64,000 nucleotides of DNA from contig JAWQFM010000010.1 in assembly GCA_033442325.1 (NCBI GenBank), positions 1,484,019 to 1,548,018 on the forward strand. Reading direction: 5' to 3'. This document shows positions 1 through 21,500 of this stretch, one piece after another (position 1 is the first letter of the stretch; each line of letters starts with the position of its first letter). The notes beneath the pieces were generated by a model, which searched no databases, was not told the DNA's origin, and worked only from the letters and a program-made list of their open reading frames with translations. This DNA comes from Salpingoeca rosetta. Lineage: Eukaryota > Protista > Choanoflagellata. The translations under genes and the position numbers were made by a program.

Positions 1-63
1 TGCACTTGCCTCCTTCCCCCGTCTCCCACCCCCAAACAATCTCCATCGCTTTGCTTCTTGCAG

Positions 64-201
64 CTGCTTAACAATTCGGACCGCGTGTGCCTGATTCACT
101 GGCGTGTCGACGCACCTACGCTGCATGCTGCCGTTCGCACCAAGTCCATGCCATTTACGGAGGCTGTGCTGCAAGTGGTTGTGTCATCCTTCCGGTCGTG
201 A
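64..201 (+). CDS. Terminal exon of an upstream gene; resembles the C-terminus of AP-4 adaptor epsilon subunit
   Basis: Pyrimidine tract plus cag acceptor (61-63), then LLNNSDRVCLIHWRVDAPTLHAAVRTKSMPFTEAVLQVVVSSFRS* (TGA 199-201). CLIHWRV recalls the CLLHCRV segment of the AP4E1 appendage C-terminus. Only 45 aa are visible. Confidence 0.4.
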   Translation: MLNNSDRVCLIHWRVDAPTLHAAVRTKSMPFTEAVLQVVVSSFRS

Positions 202-889
202 TACCGGTGTTGGGTGGTCATTGACTGCGTCGTCGGACTCGCTCGACTGCAAGCGTCTCGCTGGCCCCATCATGGCTGTGTCAGTGTCAAGTTAGGAAAG
301 ATGATGTGCTGTTTGTCGGCTTACATGTGACGCGTGGTGTCTCCTCTCCTTCCCCCCCCCTTCCTCCTTTCCTCCTTTCCCCCCTCGTTATTCTCCTTGT
401 TCTTTTCTGTTCCCTTGCCCCTGTCCTGCGTTCCTTAGTGTCGCCATGTTCATACCCCCCCCCCCTCTCTCTCTCTCCCTCCTCGCTCAGCACACGCGCG
501 TGCTGTGAGTGGTTCGTCTCAAACCACCTTCCTCCCTCTACCTTCCAATGGCCGTTGCTTGTTTCTTTGCAACAACGACAAGCAACCTGGTCGTTCTTAT
601 TTGCCTGTGTTGTTTACTCGTGTATCTGGGCTGTTGGCTGCAGCCGTTAGTTACCCCCTCTCGCCCTTGCAACGCGTGCTGGCTGATGAAAGAACCAAAC
701 GACAAAAACACCAATGCAGCAATAGGTGACGCCAGCGCAGTGCAATAACGGTCACGGCAACCGGCAGCTTGCAGCTGAGCAAAGTGTTCAACAGCAACCC
801 CAGCACAGGCAAAGAGCAGCGGGTGAAGTCTGGGGCACACAAAACAACACGACGCACATGGCGATGAACAAGCCATGCGTCGTGTCTTG

Positions 890-1717
890 CTAATGATCTG
901 GGGCCGATGAAGAGGGTATGTGTTGCTTGCGACCAGCGGACGATGCAGAAGTACGTTTGTGGCCGCTGCGAAGTTGGCGCGAGCTTGTGGCGCTGCTGTG
1001 GGCGTCCGTGGCTCGCGCAGCGGACCGTGTGCTCCTCCTTGGTCGGCCTCTTCCAGTTGAAGAAGATGACGAAGAAGAAGAAGAACAAGTCTTGGGGTTC
1101 TTTCTGGACGGGCTGCGCCTCCCGCCTTCATCCCCGTCACGCACGCCAGCGTCTTGTCCCTGCTCTCGTTCTTTTTCCTTGCCTGCCTTCTCCCCTTTCC
1201 CTTTTCCTTTCCCTTCTTCGTGTTGTCTGCCCTCTGCTGGTTGTTGGGCGTGTCCTCTACGAGCGCGTGTGCCGCTGGCGTTTTGTTTCGGTTGCAGTGC
1301 ATCCTCTTGTTTGTGCTGGTTGCGCTCCTCCTTCTTTTGTCTGCGCTGGATGCGTTTGAAGGCGCGGATGAGATGTTCTTCTTCCCGAAGAGCCTGAGCA
1401 CGCTGGGCCAGGAGCTCGGTGTATCTTGCCTGCAGGTTGTCCAGCAGCTCTTGCTGCACACTGCACAGTGACTGTGCGTTCTCAATCACCCCCGTGTAAA
1501 ACCGCTTGAGCGCCTCTGTCTCATGCTCCAACAGCACACTGTGGTCACCGATGTGGCTGTTGCTGTTGCTGCTGCTCTTGGTGTTACTACTTCTGTCGCT
1601 GCCATTGCCGTTCACTGTGGCTGCAGCCGCGGTGCTCTCGCTCGCTTGCTTGGTGCTCGCACGCGCCACACTGCGCGCGCTCACCCGCGCCTTTGTGTTT
1701 CTTGGCCGCCCGCTCAT
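890..1717 (-). CDS. Hypothetical single-exon protein (~275 aa), central coiled coil flanked by basic, Ser-rich disordered regions
   Basis: Microsatellite-free open frame MSGRPRNTKARV...HSVLLEHETEALKRFYTGVIENAQSLCSVQQELLDNLQARYTELLAQRAQALREEEHLIRAFKRIQRR...APDH*. The longer ORF 890..2422 only extends through upstream repeats. Confidence 0.55.
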   Translation of the reverse strand: MSGRPRNTKARVSARSVARASTKQASESTAAAATVNGNGSDRSSNTKSSSNSNSHIGDHSVLLEHETEALKRFYTGVIENAQSLCSVQQELLDNLQARYTELLAQRAQALREEEHLIRAFKRIQRRQKKEERNQHKQEDALQPKQNASGTRARRGHAQQPAEGRQHEEGKGKGKGEKAGKEKEREQGQDAGVRDGDEGGRRSPSRKNPKTCSSSSSSSSSTGRGRPRRSTRSAARATDAHSSATSSRQLRSGHKRTSASSAGRKQHIPSSSAPDH

Positions 1718-1861
1718 CCGCGGCTTTGATGATGGTGGCGGGTTTGGAATAATGGTACAAGACATACATAAAACCGCCGCCACCCCAACGACCACAACAA
1801 CAACAAGCACCAAACATCGAAGAAGGTGAAGGGAGACGGGGAACAAGAACAAGGCAGACAG

Positions 1862-1892
<31 letters not shown>

Positions 1893-2056
1893 CTGGGTAG
1901 GCAGTGGTGGCAGCTGAGCGGCCTGTCAAAAAGCAAGCAGCCTGTCCCAAGCAAGCGACTTGTCACAAGCAAGTGGCCTGACAATAGCGGCGGCGTGGTA
2001 GCACACAACAAGGAGAAACAAAGACCAACAAGACAGCAGCAACAACACCACATGGG

Positions 2057-5608
<3,552 letters not shown>

Positions 5609-6213
5609 GGCAGCGCTTTTGTTGTTCATGGCAACGTGTCCATTTCTCCACACACTGTCGCTGTGCGTGTGCGTGTGCTTCCGCGTGTGCATATGTGAAG
5701 TTGTTACATTTTGTCTCGCTGCAATTGTAACCGACCTGACACCCTTTGACACATTCGCCCACCCACGCATTCCACTGCAACGGTGCCGAAAACATCCAAA
5801 CATGTGTCAATTATTACAGCGTCAGAACAAGTTCGAAAAACAGGAAGAGAGGAGAGGGGAAGTGAAAGTGGGTGGTGGGGTCAGACAACCATTGGCTGCT
5901 GTGCTTGCAAGTGCGTGCGCACATCAACAACTCAACCACACACGCGCACACACCACGCGCAAGACGAACAAATGCTAGGCTAGGGATAGCTTATCCACAG
6001 CAAAGTCCTACGAACAACAGCAACAGCAGCAATGAAGACGGAATGTGGAGGCACACTGCTTCTCATGTCAATTGCGAGCTCGTACCAGTGCATGTATCTG
6101 TGTGTGTGTGTGTGTATGTGTATGTGTGTGTACCAGTGTGGATATGTGCGTGTGTGTGTGTGTGTCTGTGTGTGTACACGTTGCAGGCGGCGTGTTTCGT
6201 GGAGTGCACTGGG

Positions 6214-10593
<4,380 letters not shown>

Positions 10594-10733
10594 GGTCGTG
10601 GTGGTTGCTGAAGATTTGATAAAGTTTTCAGTCACTTTTCTACACTGCGGAGCAAAGGACAGCAAAAGCAACCACAACAAGCCAACAGCAAGCAAGCAAG
10701 TAAGCAAGCAAGGAACAGGCAATCAGCATTGTC
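10594..10733. promoter_or_regulatory. Putative bidirectional promoter (140 bp) between the MYST HAT and SNX4-like genes
   Basis: Divergent start codons at 10593 (-) and 10734 (+); CAA/AAGC-rich spacer without GT microsatellite. Inferred from geometry only. Confidence 0.5.
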
Positions 10734-10958
10734 ATGGAAGGTGGAGGCGAGGATGTGGTGACGGCTCAGCCAACAGCGGGGACGTCGGGGGAACCCTTGC
10801 CACCAGAAGGGTTCTTAGTCACCATTCCAAAGTTTCAAGAGAAGATTGACACCTCCGGTAAGCCACAACGCCACTGTCAAGCAAAGTCTGTGTCGTGTTT
10901 GTTGCGGAAGAGTTTGTTTGGGTTTTGGCTTGTCAGAACAACATCAGCTTGCTGCAGC

Positions 10959-10989
<31 letters not shown>

Positions 10990-11616
10990 TTGTGTCTGTG
11001 TGTGTGTGTGTCTGTCTGTCTGTCTGTGTGTGTGCCTATGTCTGTGTGTGTGTGTATGTGTGTGTGTTTGTGTGTCTGTCTATCTTTCCCTTTTTTTTCT
11101 CTCTCTCTCTCTCTGTGCCTGCCTCTGTGTCTGCCTGTCTTTCTTCCTTTCTGCCTGTCTGTCTGTGCCTTTCAGCTTGTGGATTTCGCCTCACACAACC
11201 CCATTGGTTCGGGTGCATGGTGCAGGGTCATACATGACATATGTCATCACAAGCGAGTTTGGGCCCGACAATGTCTTGAACATCACATCTGGTGAATATG
11301 CCGTGCATCGAAGGTGAGCACACCCTTCGTGAAATGGGTGTGTGCTGCTCGTCTCTGCGAATCCATGCGTGCTGTGCTTTGGTGACGGTTGTCACAAGGT
11401 TGTTCGCTTCCCCCGTCATCGTAGGTACAATGAGTTCTCCCACCTGGTATCATATCTGCGAGCGGCCCTGCCGTACGTGATTGTACCGCCAATCCCGGAG
11501 AAGAAGCTCAACTTCAAGGTTCGGTCCTGCCCTGTTCAGCTGCAGCTGGCAGTGTACACTAACAAACGCATACACACACATGTACACACGCGCTCTGTGA
11601 TTGCTTCCAGCTCATC

Positions 11617-11686
<70 letters not shown>

Positions 11687-12925
11687 ACTGCAGTGGAAGC
11701 AGATGGCCGTGGACGTCACGGATGAGGTGTTTGTGGGCAAGCGACGCATTGTGCTGGAGGATTTTCTTCGCCGCTGCCTCGACCACCCGCTCATCCGCAT
11801 GGACAAAGGTACACAAACGTGTCCTGCAGCTGTGTATGTGTATGTGTGGGTGTATGTGTATGTGTATGTGTGTGTATATGTGTGTGCATGTGTGTTTCTG
11901 AGTGTGTGGTTACATGTGTTCACATGTGGTTACATGTGTTTCCATGCATGTCTATTCTTTCTCTCTCCCTTGTTAGTTTGTGTGGTGGGCTCGTGCTACT
12001 GTCAGCCCCATGCACGTGTCCCTCGCTATATGCACTTATTTTACACCACTGACTGCACATACACGTGTGCGTGTGCTTTTGCTTTTGCTATGTTTCCATC
12101 GTTAGGCTTCCAGGCGTTTCTGCTGGAGCAGGACTGGATGGAGGATCTGATGGTGGAAGGATTTGATGGCGAAATGCACCCGTTCACGGGCGCCGAGTGG
12201 CTCTCATCTCTTCGCGCAATGACCGCCAGCCGCGCAACGGAACCGCAGCTGCTGTGCGCTGAGTTGCCGGTGTCTGCTTTGGCGTAGTTCTGTGCTTTGT
12301 GTTATTGACGTGGTTCGACTGCATGTTGCGTGCCCATGGCATGAATGCACAAGCACATTCCTTCCACGCGCACACACTCGCTCTCTTGCTCACACACACT
12401 CGCTTTCTCACGCTCTCACATTCACATGCACTCGCACACGCCATCACCTACAACGGCCGCCAGGGAGGTGAAACACTTCAAAGCACTCGGCGCCTCCACG
12501 TCCCAGCACGTCGGTGTTCTCCTCAACGCACACGCAGGGTGGGGCCTACTTTGCCTGCTTGTTTGCTCGTTCGTTTGTTCGTAATTTGTTTGCTCGTTTG
12601 TTTTGTTCGCATTTGTTTTGTTTGTTTTGTTTTGTTGTGTTTGTTTTGTTTTGTTGATGTGTCACCACTCATCTCCACCGCGTTTCGGTGCGGAACCAGT
12701 CTCGCGTACAAGGCACAGGCCCTCTCGGCCTTCTTCAAGGACTTTGCCGACGTGCTCACGTGAGGATGTGCTGGTTGTGACGATGGGATAGATGTGATTG
12801 TGCTGATGGCGATGGAACTGATGAGATGGCGCCAATCACGAATCCAACGTTTCATGTTTTTCTCTTCCACTCACAAAACAACAATGTGTTTGTCTGCCTC
12901 TACTGCCCCATGTCCGACAATCACC

Positions 12926-12982
<57 letters not shown>

Positions 12983-12992
12983 CTGATGATGC

Positions 12993-13073
<81 letters not shown>

Positions 13074-13797
13074 CCAGGGAGCTGTGTGAACTGATGCCCA
13101 AGCTCGCCGCGCCCTTCAAGTCGGCCTCAGCCCGCATCTCAAGGTGTGTGTGTATGTGTGTGTATGTGTGTGTGTCTGTCTGTGTCTGTCTGTCTGTCTG
13201 CGGTTTGCTGTTGCAGACCTGAACGTGACCGTGCACCTGAATCGCTCACTCACGACTCCACACCATTAACACAAACATTCGCACGTACACACATGCACAT
13301 ACCAATGCGCGCGACCGCTGCGGTGGCAGGATGGGCGATGCCACGGTGTGGCGGCTGCAGCAGGAGGAGCGCGCGTTTGTCGACACGCTCGTCGCGTTCA
13401 TGGGATACACAGACAGCATCAGGTAGCCGACCACCACCACCACTACCACCACCAGCACCGCCACCGTCATCATGACTGCGCTCGCTTACACTCAGCCACG
13501 GGCATGTGCGTCTTGCGTGTTGTTGGTGCTGCCTTTTCTCGCCCAAGCAGCCGCCCAGACACACACACACATTTACACATATTTACACACATTTACACAC
13601 ATTTACACACATTTACACACATTTACACACATTTACACACATTTACACACACACACACACAACCCAATTCCCCCATCCCCTTCAGTGCGTTTGTGAAGAA
13701 TGAGGAGATTGCATTTGCAGCGAAAGTGCGAGCGCGAGATGCACACGCGTCCAAAGTCGCCACGATCACCGCCCTGGAGCGGCCAGACGAGGACAAG

Positions 13798-13828
<31 letters not shown>

Positions 13829-14778
13829 TGTGTCTGTGTGTCTGTGTGTCTGTCTGTGTGCCTGTGTGTGTCTGTGTGTGTGTCTGTGTGTACCTGTGCT
13901 TGAACAATGTGTTGCTTCTGTTTTGTGTTCTTCCTGTGAACCTTTTGTGCGCTCAATCACTCGCACATGCACTCCATTTTGCATCCACACTATACATTTC
14001 ACCACATCTCTCATCACACCGTCTCCTCCTCCCGGACCCAGTCGCTGTCGGGGTTCTTCACGCGGCTGGCGACGACGGAGGCGTCCAAGGCGTCGAAGAT
14101 CGAGGCGCTGAAATCAGAGGCCGAGCACCTCAAGCTCGTCGCAGAGACAGCAGAGCAGCAGCACAAGTGCGTACGGACGAAGAGAAGGGCGGTGACGGTG
14201 GATGGTGGATGGTAGATGGCGGATGATGGATGATGGATGGTGGAGCCATAGTGAGGTTGTGGTGGATGGTGAAATGGTGGAAGAGATGATGGTGAGGTTG
14301 TGTGTGCCGGTGGCGGGAGGATGTTGGGGTTTGCTGAACGGGAGGTGTGTAAGCTATTCAATGAACATATGTGTGTGGTTACATTACATCACTGAATGTG
14401 CTTGCTGCTTGTTTGTGTGTCAGGGATTTCCTGCAAGAAGCGCTGAAGGAGATGAAGCGGTTCAGTGCAACGAAACGCCATGAGCTACTGTCCATCTTCA
14501 AGGACTACGCACGCCTGCAAAAGGTGCCAGCTAAATGTTGATGTGTGCGTCTTGTGTGCTGTGGTTTGGGCAAGGTTGCGTGCACACCTTGCTCTGCTTG
14601 ACCCAAGTGCACACTCGTAGTCCACTCTCACCACCCTCACCACCCTCACCACCCCTTCCTTTATTTCTTCCTCAACATGCGCCTTTTGTTGCTGCTGTTT
14701 GCTGTACAGGAGCACGCGCACCACATTGCCAAGATGTGGACGGACATCAAGCAGGCCGTCTCCGCCCCACAACCATGA
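10734..14778 (+). CDS. SNX4: PX-BAR sorting nexin (SNX4-like), multi-exon
   Basis: PX motifs YMTYVI...[67 protein letters not shown], then helical BAR exons. Last exon [22 protein letters not shown] (TGA 14776-14778). Confidence 0.88.
12926..13073 (+). repeat. Intronic (GAT)n microsatellite
   Basis: Lies just before the ccag acceptor of an SNX4 exon; produces spurious poly-M/D/I ORFs. Confidence 0.95.
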
Positions 14779-15009
14779 CACTTCTTTGCTTGTGTCTGTG
14801 TGTGTCTGTGTCTGTGTCTGTGTCTTTGTGTCTGTGTCTTTGTGTCTGTGTGTGTCGGTGTGTGTCGGTGTGTGTCTGTGTGTCTGTGTCTGTGTGTGTC
14901 ATTCCACGACCACCGCCCCATCCCGCTGTTACTTGTGTGGATAGTTTGCAACAGTTTCAATAAATTTCCGGAAGCAAGAGGAGGAGGACAACAACCAACA
15001 ACAGCAGCG

Positions 15010-15455
15010 ATGGCGACAAAGGATGAAGAGGTGGACGTGTTGCTGACTGGGTTTGAGGTGTTTGGACGCCACACCATCAACCCTTCCTGGGAGGTGCGTC
15101 TGAACTCACACAGAGTTGGTTGGGCCTTGGCTTGGTGTGTGATGCACGTGCACGTGCACGTGCAGTTCTCGCCTCAGCTCGCGTTTGCTGGTGCGTCTTG
15201 ATGTGGCTCATGACACAACTCATGCAACACATCATGACACCACATGTCTCCTCCGTGTCTACCCACACCACCTGCGCCGCCCGTCATGTTGACAGATTGT
15301 CAAGACGCTCAACGATATGCCCTTGCATGGGCTGAAGGTGCGAGCGCACCTACTCCCCGTCGACTATGGTCAGTGCGTTGAAATGACATGATTTGACGCA
15401 GCTGTCACAGAGCGTGTTCCATCCCAGAGCGTGTGCCGTCCCCAATTTCACCTCC

Positions 15456-15526
<71 letters not shown>

Positions 15527-16009
15527 ACAACCACAGCTGGCGTGGACGAGAGCTACCCGAAAATCCTGGCGCAGTATCCAAACTTGAAGCTGATCATCAA
15601 CTGTGGCGTGGGGTCAGCGGGCTCCCTGCAGCTCGAGCAGATTGCACGCAATGGGCCATACACCCGCCTGGACAACAGCAACTCGGCCCCTGCTACTGAA
15701 CTCTGCAGAGCAGAGGACGACCCCTCCTTTGTCCGCAAAACCACGCTGCCACTGGAAGACCTTGTTGCGGACTTGACGCGGGCCGCACCCGACTTGCAGC
15801 TCAAGACCTCCACTGACGCCGGCCTCTTCCTGTGTGAATACACGTTCTACAACAGCTTGAGGGCGCAGCGCTGCCCTGCCGTTTTCTTCCACGTGCCTCC
15901 GTATGGAAGCCCGTACTCGGAGTCTGTGCTGAGACTGCACGCGTTCAACGTTTTATCCCGCCTCGTGCGCCACATCGCCTCTGCATCACCAAAGGCCCTG
16001 CGCCCAAAG
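15010..16009 (+). CDS. PGPEP1: Pyroglutamyl-peptidase I (peptidase C15) domain; probably the N-terminal half of a fusion with the downstream Nudix domain
   Basis: Three exons: VLLTGFEVFGRHTINPSWE / LLPVDY / IINCGV..LQLEQIARN (catalytic Glu), STDAGLFLCEY (catalytic Cys), FFHVP (catalytic His). Confidence 0.9.
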
Positions 16010-16203
16010 GTTTAATGCCTGTGTATGTGTGTGTATGTGTATGTGTGTGTATGTGCATGCATGTGTATGCATGAATGAAAGTATTTGAGCGCGTGTGTGC
16101 TGTTTGCTTGTTCCCCTGCTCTGGCGTTTGTGTTACTACCCCATGTCACTTCCTTGCACCTTTTTATCCCTGACACACACACACACACACGTCTGCAATA
16201 CAG

Positions 16204-16948
16204 GTAGGCCTGGCAGTCCTGGTGACGAGCAAGGCGTACCCTGGATGCGTCATCGTTGGCCGGCGCAAGTCCGCACACAGCGATGGCAACCCGACCGGCA
16301 AGGGCTCATGGGCTCTCCCGGTACGCCCCAGCCAGCACCTCTGGCATGACTTGTGTGCGCATGTTGGATGGTGGAAGGGCGCGCGTGCTTGCATGCATGA
16401 TGTGGCCACAACTGCTTCTTTGCTTTGCTTCTTGCGCGACTTTGCGTGCTGTGCTTGCTTCATTCCTCTCACTGCCGTGCTGCCACGGCCCACACCCTCT
16501 GGTGCTCACCCCCACAACTATCACCAACAACCCCATCGCCGTCATCAACACCAACATCATCACAACCACCAACAAGGGCGGCCATCTTGAGTTTGGAGAG
16601 TCGTTTGAAGCGTGTGCAGCGCGCGAGGTGGCAGAAGAGTGCGGCCTGAACGATCTGACGCGCGTGCGCCACGTCGCCACCGTCAACAGCATCGACAAGA
16701 CGTCCAACTACCACTACGTCGTGCCGTTCGTTGCAGCGGAGACGAGCGGTGAGCCCGTGGCCATGGAGAAGGACAAGTGCGACGCGTGGGAGTGGCGGCG
16801 GTGGTCCGATCTTCCGCAACCACTCTTTGCGCCCCTCGCACAGCTCAAGGCAACGGCCTTTGACCCGTTTGCAAGCAGCAGCAGCAATGGCATAGGCAAC
16901 GGCCTGCAAGACGACAAGCACGACACCAACAGCACGCAACCCGCATAG
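16204..16948 (+). CDS. NUDT15: Nudix hydrolase domain, NUDT15/MTH2-like (exons 16204-16320, 16577-16948)
   Basis: VGLAVLVTSKAYPGCVIVGRRK...GSWALP|GGHLEFGESFEACAAREVAEECG (Nudix box), HYV, MEKDKCDAWEW..W..LP..LF.PL. No in-frame ATG of its own; the exon begins at an acceptor (caatacag). Confidence 0.88.
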
Positions 16949-17373
16949 CTTGTGTGTCTGTCTGTCTGTCTGCATTTCTGTGTGCATGTCTGTGTGTGTG
17001 TGTGCGCGCGTACATTTTAATGGGCATGTCCAGGCATTGATGAAGTGTGCGTTTAATGACGTGAGTCCACGCGGGCGCAGCAGAGGAGCAAGTTCAGACA
17101 TGGGAGCATGAATGCATGAACAAAAAAAAAAGGCACGCACGTGCGTATGTTGTAAAAACACAAAACGCGTGGTGCGTGTGAAGAAAGCACACAAAGAATA
17201 AATGCCATGATGGGATGACGCAGTGAAAACAAGGAAATGGGTTGCACGATGGCGTGGGCAGGAAAGTGTGATGTGCACGTGGGTTCGTCGTGAGCGAACC
17301 AAATGCTGCCATGGCTGGCTGCAAACGAAGAGAAGGTCCGTTCCGCAGTTGGCTGTGCGGTCGGCCCTCATGA

Positions 17374-17483
17374 TCAGAGGCGGTACACGCGGAAGTCGTA
17401 CCACGCACCGCCACCTGCAGGCAGTGAACACACGAACGAAGCAGTTGATGAACCAAGAGAATGTGTGTGTGTGTGTGTGTGTG

Positions 17484-17538
<55 letters not shown>

Positions 17539-18505
17539 GTGGGGGAGGGGGGGCAGTGCGCACTTACAATGCAAGCAAATGTGTCGTGGGACCACAGCAC
17601 AAGTTGAGGGTTGATGAGCTGACACAGTGTGGTCCCACTTTCTTTCACGCTCAATGAACTCAAGCTCATGTGCACATGAGCACGCACGAACGGCCACGCT
17701 TACTGAATTCGTGCATGTAGTATTCCACGGTGTACACGCCCGCGGGGATGTCGTGGTCGTGCGTGTGCCCGTTGCACGACGTACAGCCTCCACATCCATG
17801 CTGCACACAACGCGTGTCATGACGGTTCTTACATGTCAATACTGGGGCAAAACAAGGAGTCACACACTCGATTGTACCAGCACGCGCACACACATACATG
17901 CCGACACGCACACGCACACACATGCACACAAGCACACATGCACACATGCACACAAGCTTACGTCGATGGCGTAGAATGTCCTTGGGCCACTGAGGTGAAT
18001 CCTGCAGCAATCATCCGCAGCGCCTAAACAGGAACGACACTAACGTGAGACTGTCATGACGGCATGTTCTCGGTGGAACGAAAATGAGCAGAACTATGAA
18101 ACGGAACGCCTGAACGCAAGCAAGCCGGTAAGGCATGCATGTGCCAGGCGCAACGCGCCATTGCATCACATCCGCCATAATCCCCCAGAAAACGCCATAT
18201 TGCATTACGCACAGTAGAAGCGGTATCTTCCGGCTGCAAACTTGACGGTGGATGTGGCGCGCACATCGTAGTTGCTTCCGTGATCACCGCCAGTGAGCTG
18301 CGTGTTCTGGTACGCACCACCACCGCGGCAACCTGCAATTCAAACATGTGTGACATCCGTGCAAGGCGTCATGAGCGTTGACCATCAGTACATTGCTTGC
18401 AAGCACCATGTAGTATGGCAAGATAGGTATGTGCGTGTGTGTGTGTGCGTGTGTGTGTGTGTGTGTGTGTGCGTGTGTGTGTGTGTGTGTGCGTGTGTGT
18501 GTGTG

Positions 18506-18580
<75 letters not shown>

Positions 18581-21500
18581 TGGCACGGCACAGCAGAAAA
18601 GCATCAGCAATGGCCGCACCTCCTTCAGCGCCCGTCATTTTCCATTGGCCAGCCGAGCAGGAGCTGTAGCCCACCTGCAGACAGATAGTATGACAGAACA
18701 GAGAACAACAGCAGTCTGTGTTTAAGGACGCGGCAGACTCGATGTGTTTGACGATCGTTCGGCATCATGCATGTGCATGTGCATGTGTGCGTGCATATGC
18801 ACGCGCAATTATGGCACCCACCACTTTGATGCCTCCAGGTAAGCATTCGAAGTTGGAGGTGCCGGGGCAGGTGGGTGTCAGGGGGTATGTGCCCCCAGGG
18901 CAACCACATGTCTTACACGACGACTCTGTTCACAGCCATGATGACACAGCACGCAAGGAGCACACAACAGGTGGAGGCATGAGTGCTGTCTCATGAACGC
19001 TCTGGCATGTAATCTGCTCGCTTGCTTCCTTCGTACGACAAGCGCAGTCAGCAGCGAATGGTTGCAGTATCATACAGCAACATCAACGTAGCACGTACAG
19101 CAGCATCAGCAGCACCAGCAGCACCAGCAGCATCAACAGCGCCAACAGCGCAAACAGCGCCAACATTATGGCAATGGGTCGCCTCCAAGCAAAAGAGTGA
19201 CGCCAACACACCACAGTGAGACAAACCACAAGCAAATCACGGCAGGCTGTCAGCGCACCTCTGTGCTGCGATGCGTCCTGGTACTTGCCGCTCGGGCAGG
19301 TGACGCACGAGCTGTCGCCGACGGTGCGGTCGCAGGGCACCATGTACGAGCCGGCATTGCAATGCGTGGGTGTGCAGTCCTGGCATTTACGCTCCATGTT
19401 TGGGGTTGCGCTGTAGGTGAACGCAGGGCACTGCTGGCACTGGTTGGCTTCCGTGGGCGTGCACGCCCTGTTCATAAACTCGCCTGAAGGCAACGTGTGG
19501 AAGGAGGTTGATGAGTGAGTGCAGGGATGAGTGAGTGGAGTGAGTGGAGTGAGTGAAGGGGAAAAAAGGGAGTGAGTTGAGTGGAGTGAGGGACTGTAAC
19601 ACTTGCTTGTGTGACTGGAGTCGGTGCTTGCAGGCAATGGTACAATGAATGAATGCCACGAGCACACGTGCATGTCAATGCAACATGCAATGCGTATCAG
19701 CTCCAGTGTCCCCGACCTGCAGGGCAAAACTTGAGACAGCGCTCTGCTGCGGCGATGGCTGGTGCCATGCGGTCAATGGCGCTGGTGACACCGTCCAGTT
19801 CAGCAGAGAGCGCATCGCTCGCCGCCGACACCGTGCTCGCAAGCTCATCCCGCAGCGTCGACAGCACGCCGTCGTCTTGCTCATCCACCTGATGCGCACG
19901 TGTGAGTGTGTGTGTGTGAGAGAGTGAGTGTGTGTATGTGTGGGGGGGGGGAGGGGAAGAGAAGCAACCATGGAGGTGTGAGCGTTGCATGCTTCAGCGA
20001 TGTTATGAAGTGACAGGATTGAAGAAGAGAGAGCATGCCATTTGCTGCCAGAGCATGCGTAGTGAGGAAGCAAGCAACCATAGTGTACATGTGATATTGT
20101 GCACGTGTGTGGACTCACGTAAGTTTGAAGGCTGTCGATGCGGCCATCCACACGATCAAACTGCAGCGTTGATGATGAAGGGAGAGAGAGAGAATGTGTG
20201 TGTGTGTGTGTGTGTGTGTGCGTCATGTGGTTAAGCAAGGGGAACGTGGCGAGCGAGGAGTGTGATCGCATGGTGATTGACTGCACGGGCGTGGACGAGC
20301 GCAGCCAGTCAAACACATGCGCACTGCGAGCAGACGACGAGAAACACAACAGACACATACCTCTTCACCCAGATACTCTGTCAGAGTCGAACCTATTGTC
20401 ACAAGCAGAAGTCATAAGGAAATAAATGACACAATGATGAGTGCGCATATGGTGACTGGTGAGCTAACTGTGCGCTAGTGCGCACACCGAAAACACCACA
20501 TCAACGAGGAGACAAGCCAAGCTCATACGATTCCTGCATTGGCATTCACGCCAGCTCATGCACAAACAAATATCGCGTATGCACGCAAAAGTCGTGCGCA
20601 ACTATCACGCAGATGCATATGTGCGGACGCTCCTGTGTGCCGTGTTCACATACCCTGTGGTGCGTTTGCGTCAATGGCATCTTGGACAGCTGCGCGCACG
20701 ACGCCCTGGCTGTCGAGCACATTGGCGGCCACAATCTGCGCCACCTTCGCCTCTGTGCGCACACGCGCGCTGCCATCCTCCATGATGGTGGACAGCGTGG
20801 AGGTGATGGACGCCTCAATCTCAACGTCGCTCAGGATCCGCCCAGACCTGCGCGCATGTGGTTGGGGAGAAGGGGGTGAAGGGAGAGGGTGGTGGCGAGA
20901 GTTGTGGGGGAGGTGGTGAGGATTGTGGAAGTGGGGGGTGTTCACGCGTTGGGCAACACCGGATTCAGCACCCCTCCATGTGCAACATGCACGTGCAGGT
21001 CTTCTCGTGATTGCACGCATGTGTGTGGTGGTGGTGTGGCATTGTGACATGGCTGTGGACCCACCAAGCGTTTGGTTGGAGGTTTTGGGTCATGTAAGCA
21101 AGGTCCATGCGCTTGTCATCAAAGACCTCCACGCGAAGTGTGCCGCCCTCGGTCACCAGCTTGGGCTGTTTAGCTGAAGGGCGGGGTGTGAGTAAGTGTG
21201 TGTGTGTGTGTGTGAGTAAGTGTGTGTGTGTGACTGGGTGGGTGAGTGTATGGAAAGTAGAACCACGCGTGCACATGTACACACACACATGCACATACAC
21301 ATACGCACATACACACACACGCCAACAGCACTATCTGTGTACGTACGAGTGCACATGGGAAGGGTGCCGATGAACTGGCCGTTGTCGCAGGTGAGGGCAG
21401 CGGTGGCGCCAGCGTAGCCCACGGCACACGGAATGACGCAGCTGTTGGTGTGCACGGCACCAAAGCAGTCGCTCAAGTCCATGGCCTGCGGGTCGGCTTC

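Noticed and set aside
13571-13650. 10-bp tandem repeat (atttacacac)n; also 9-bp (ttccactgt)n at ~44233-44280 and 15-bp (cccctgtatgctaca)x3 at ~44659-44703
   Set aside because: Ordinary intronic slippage repeats with no sign of function.
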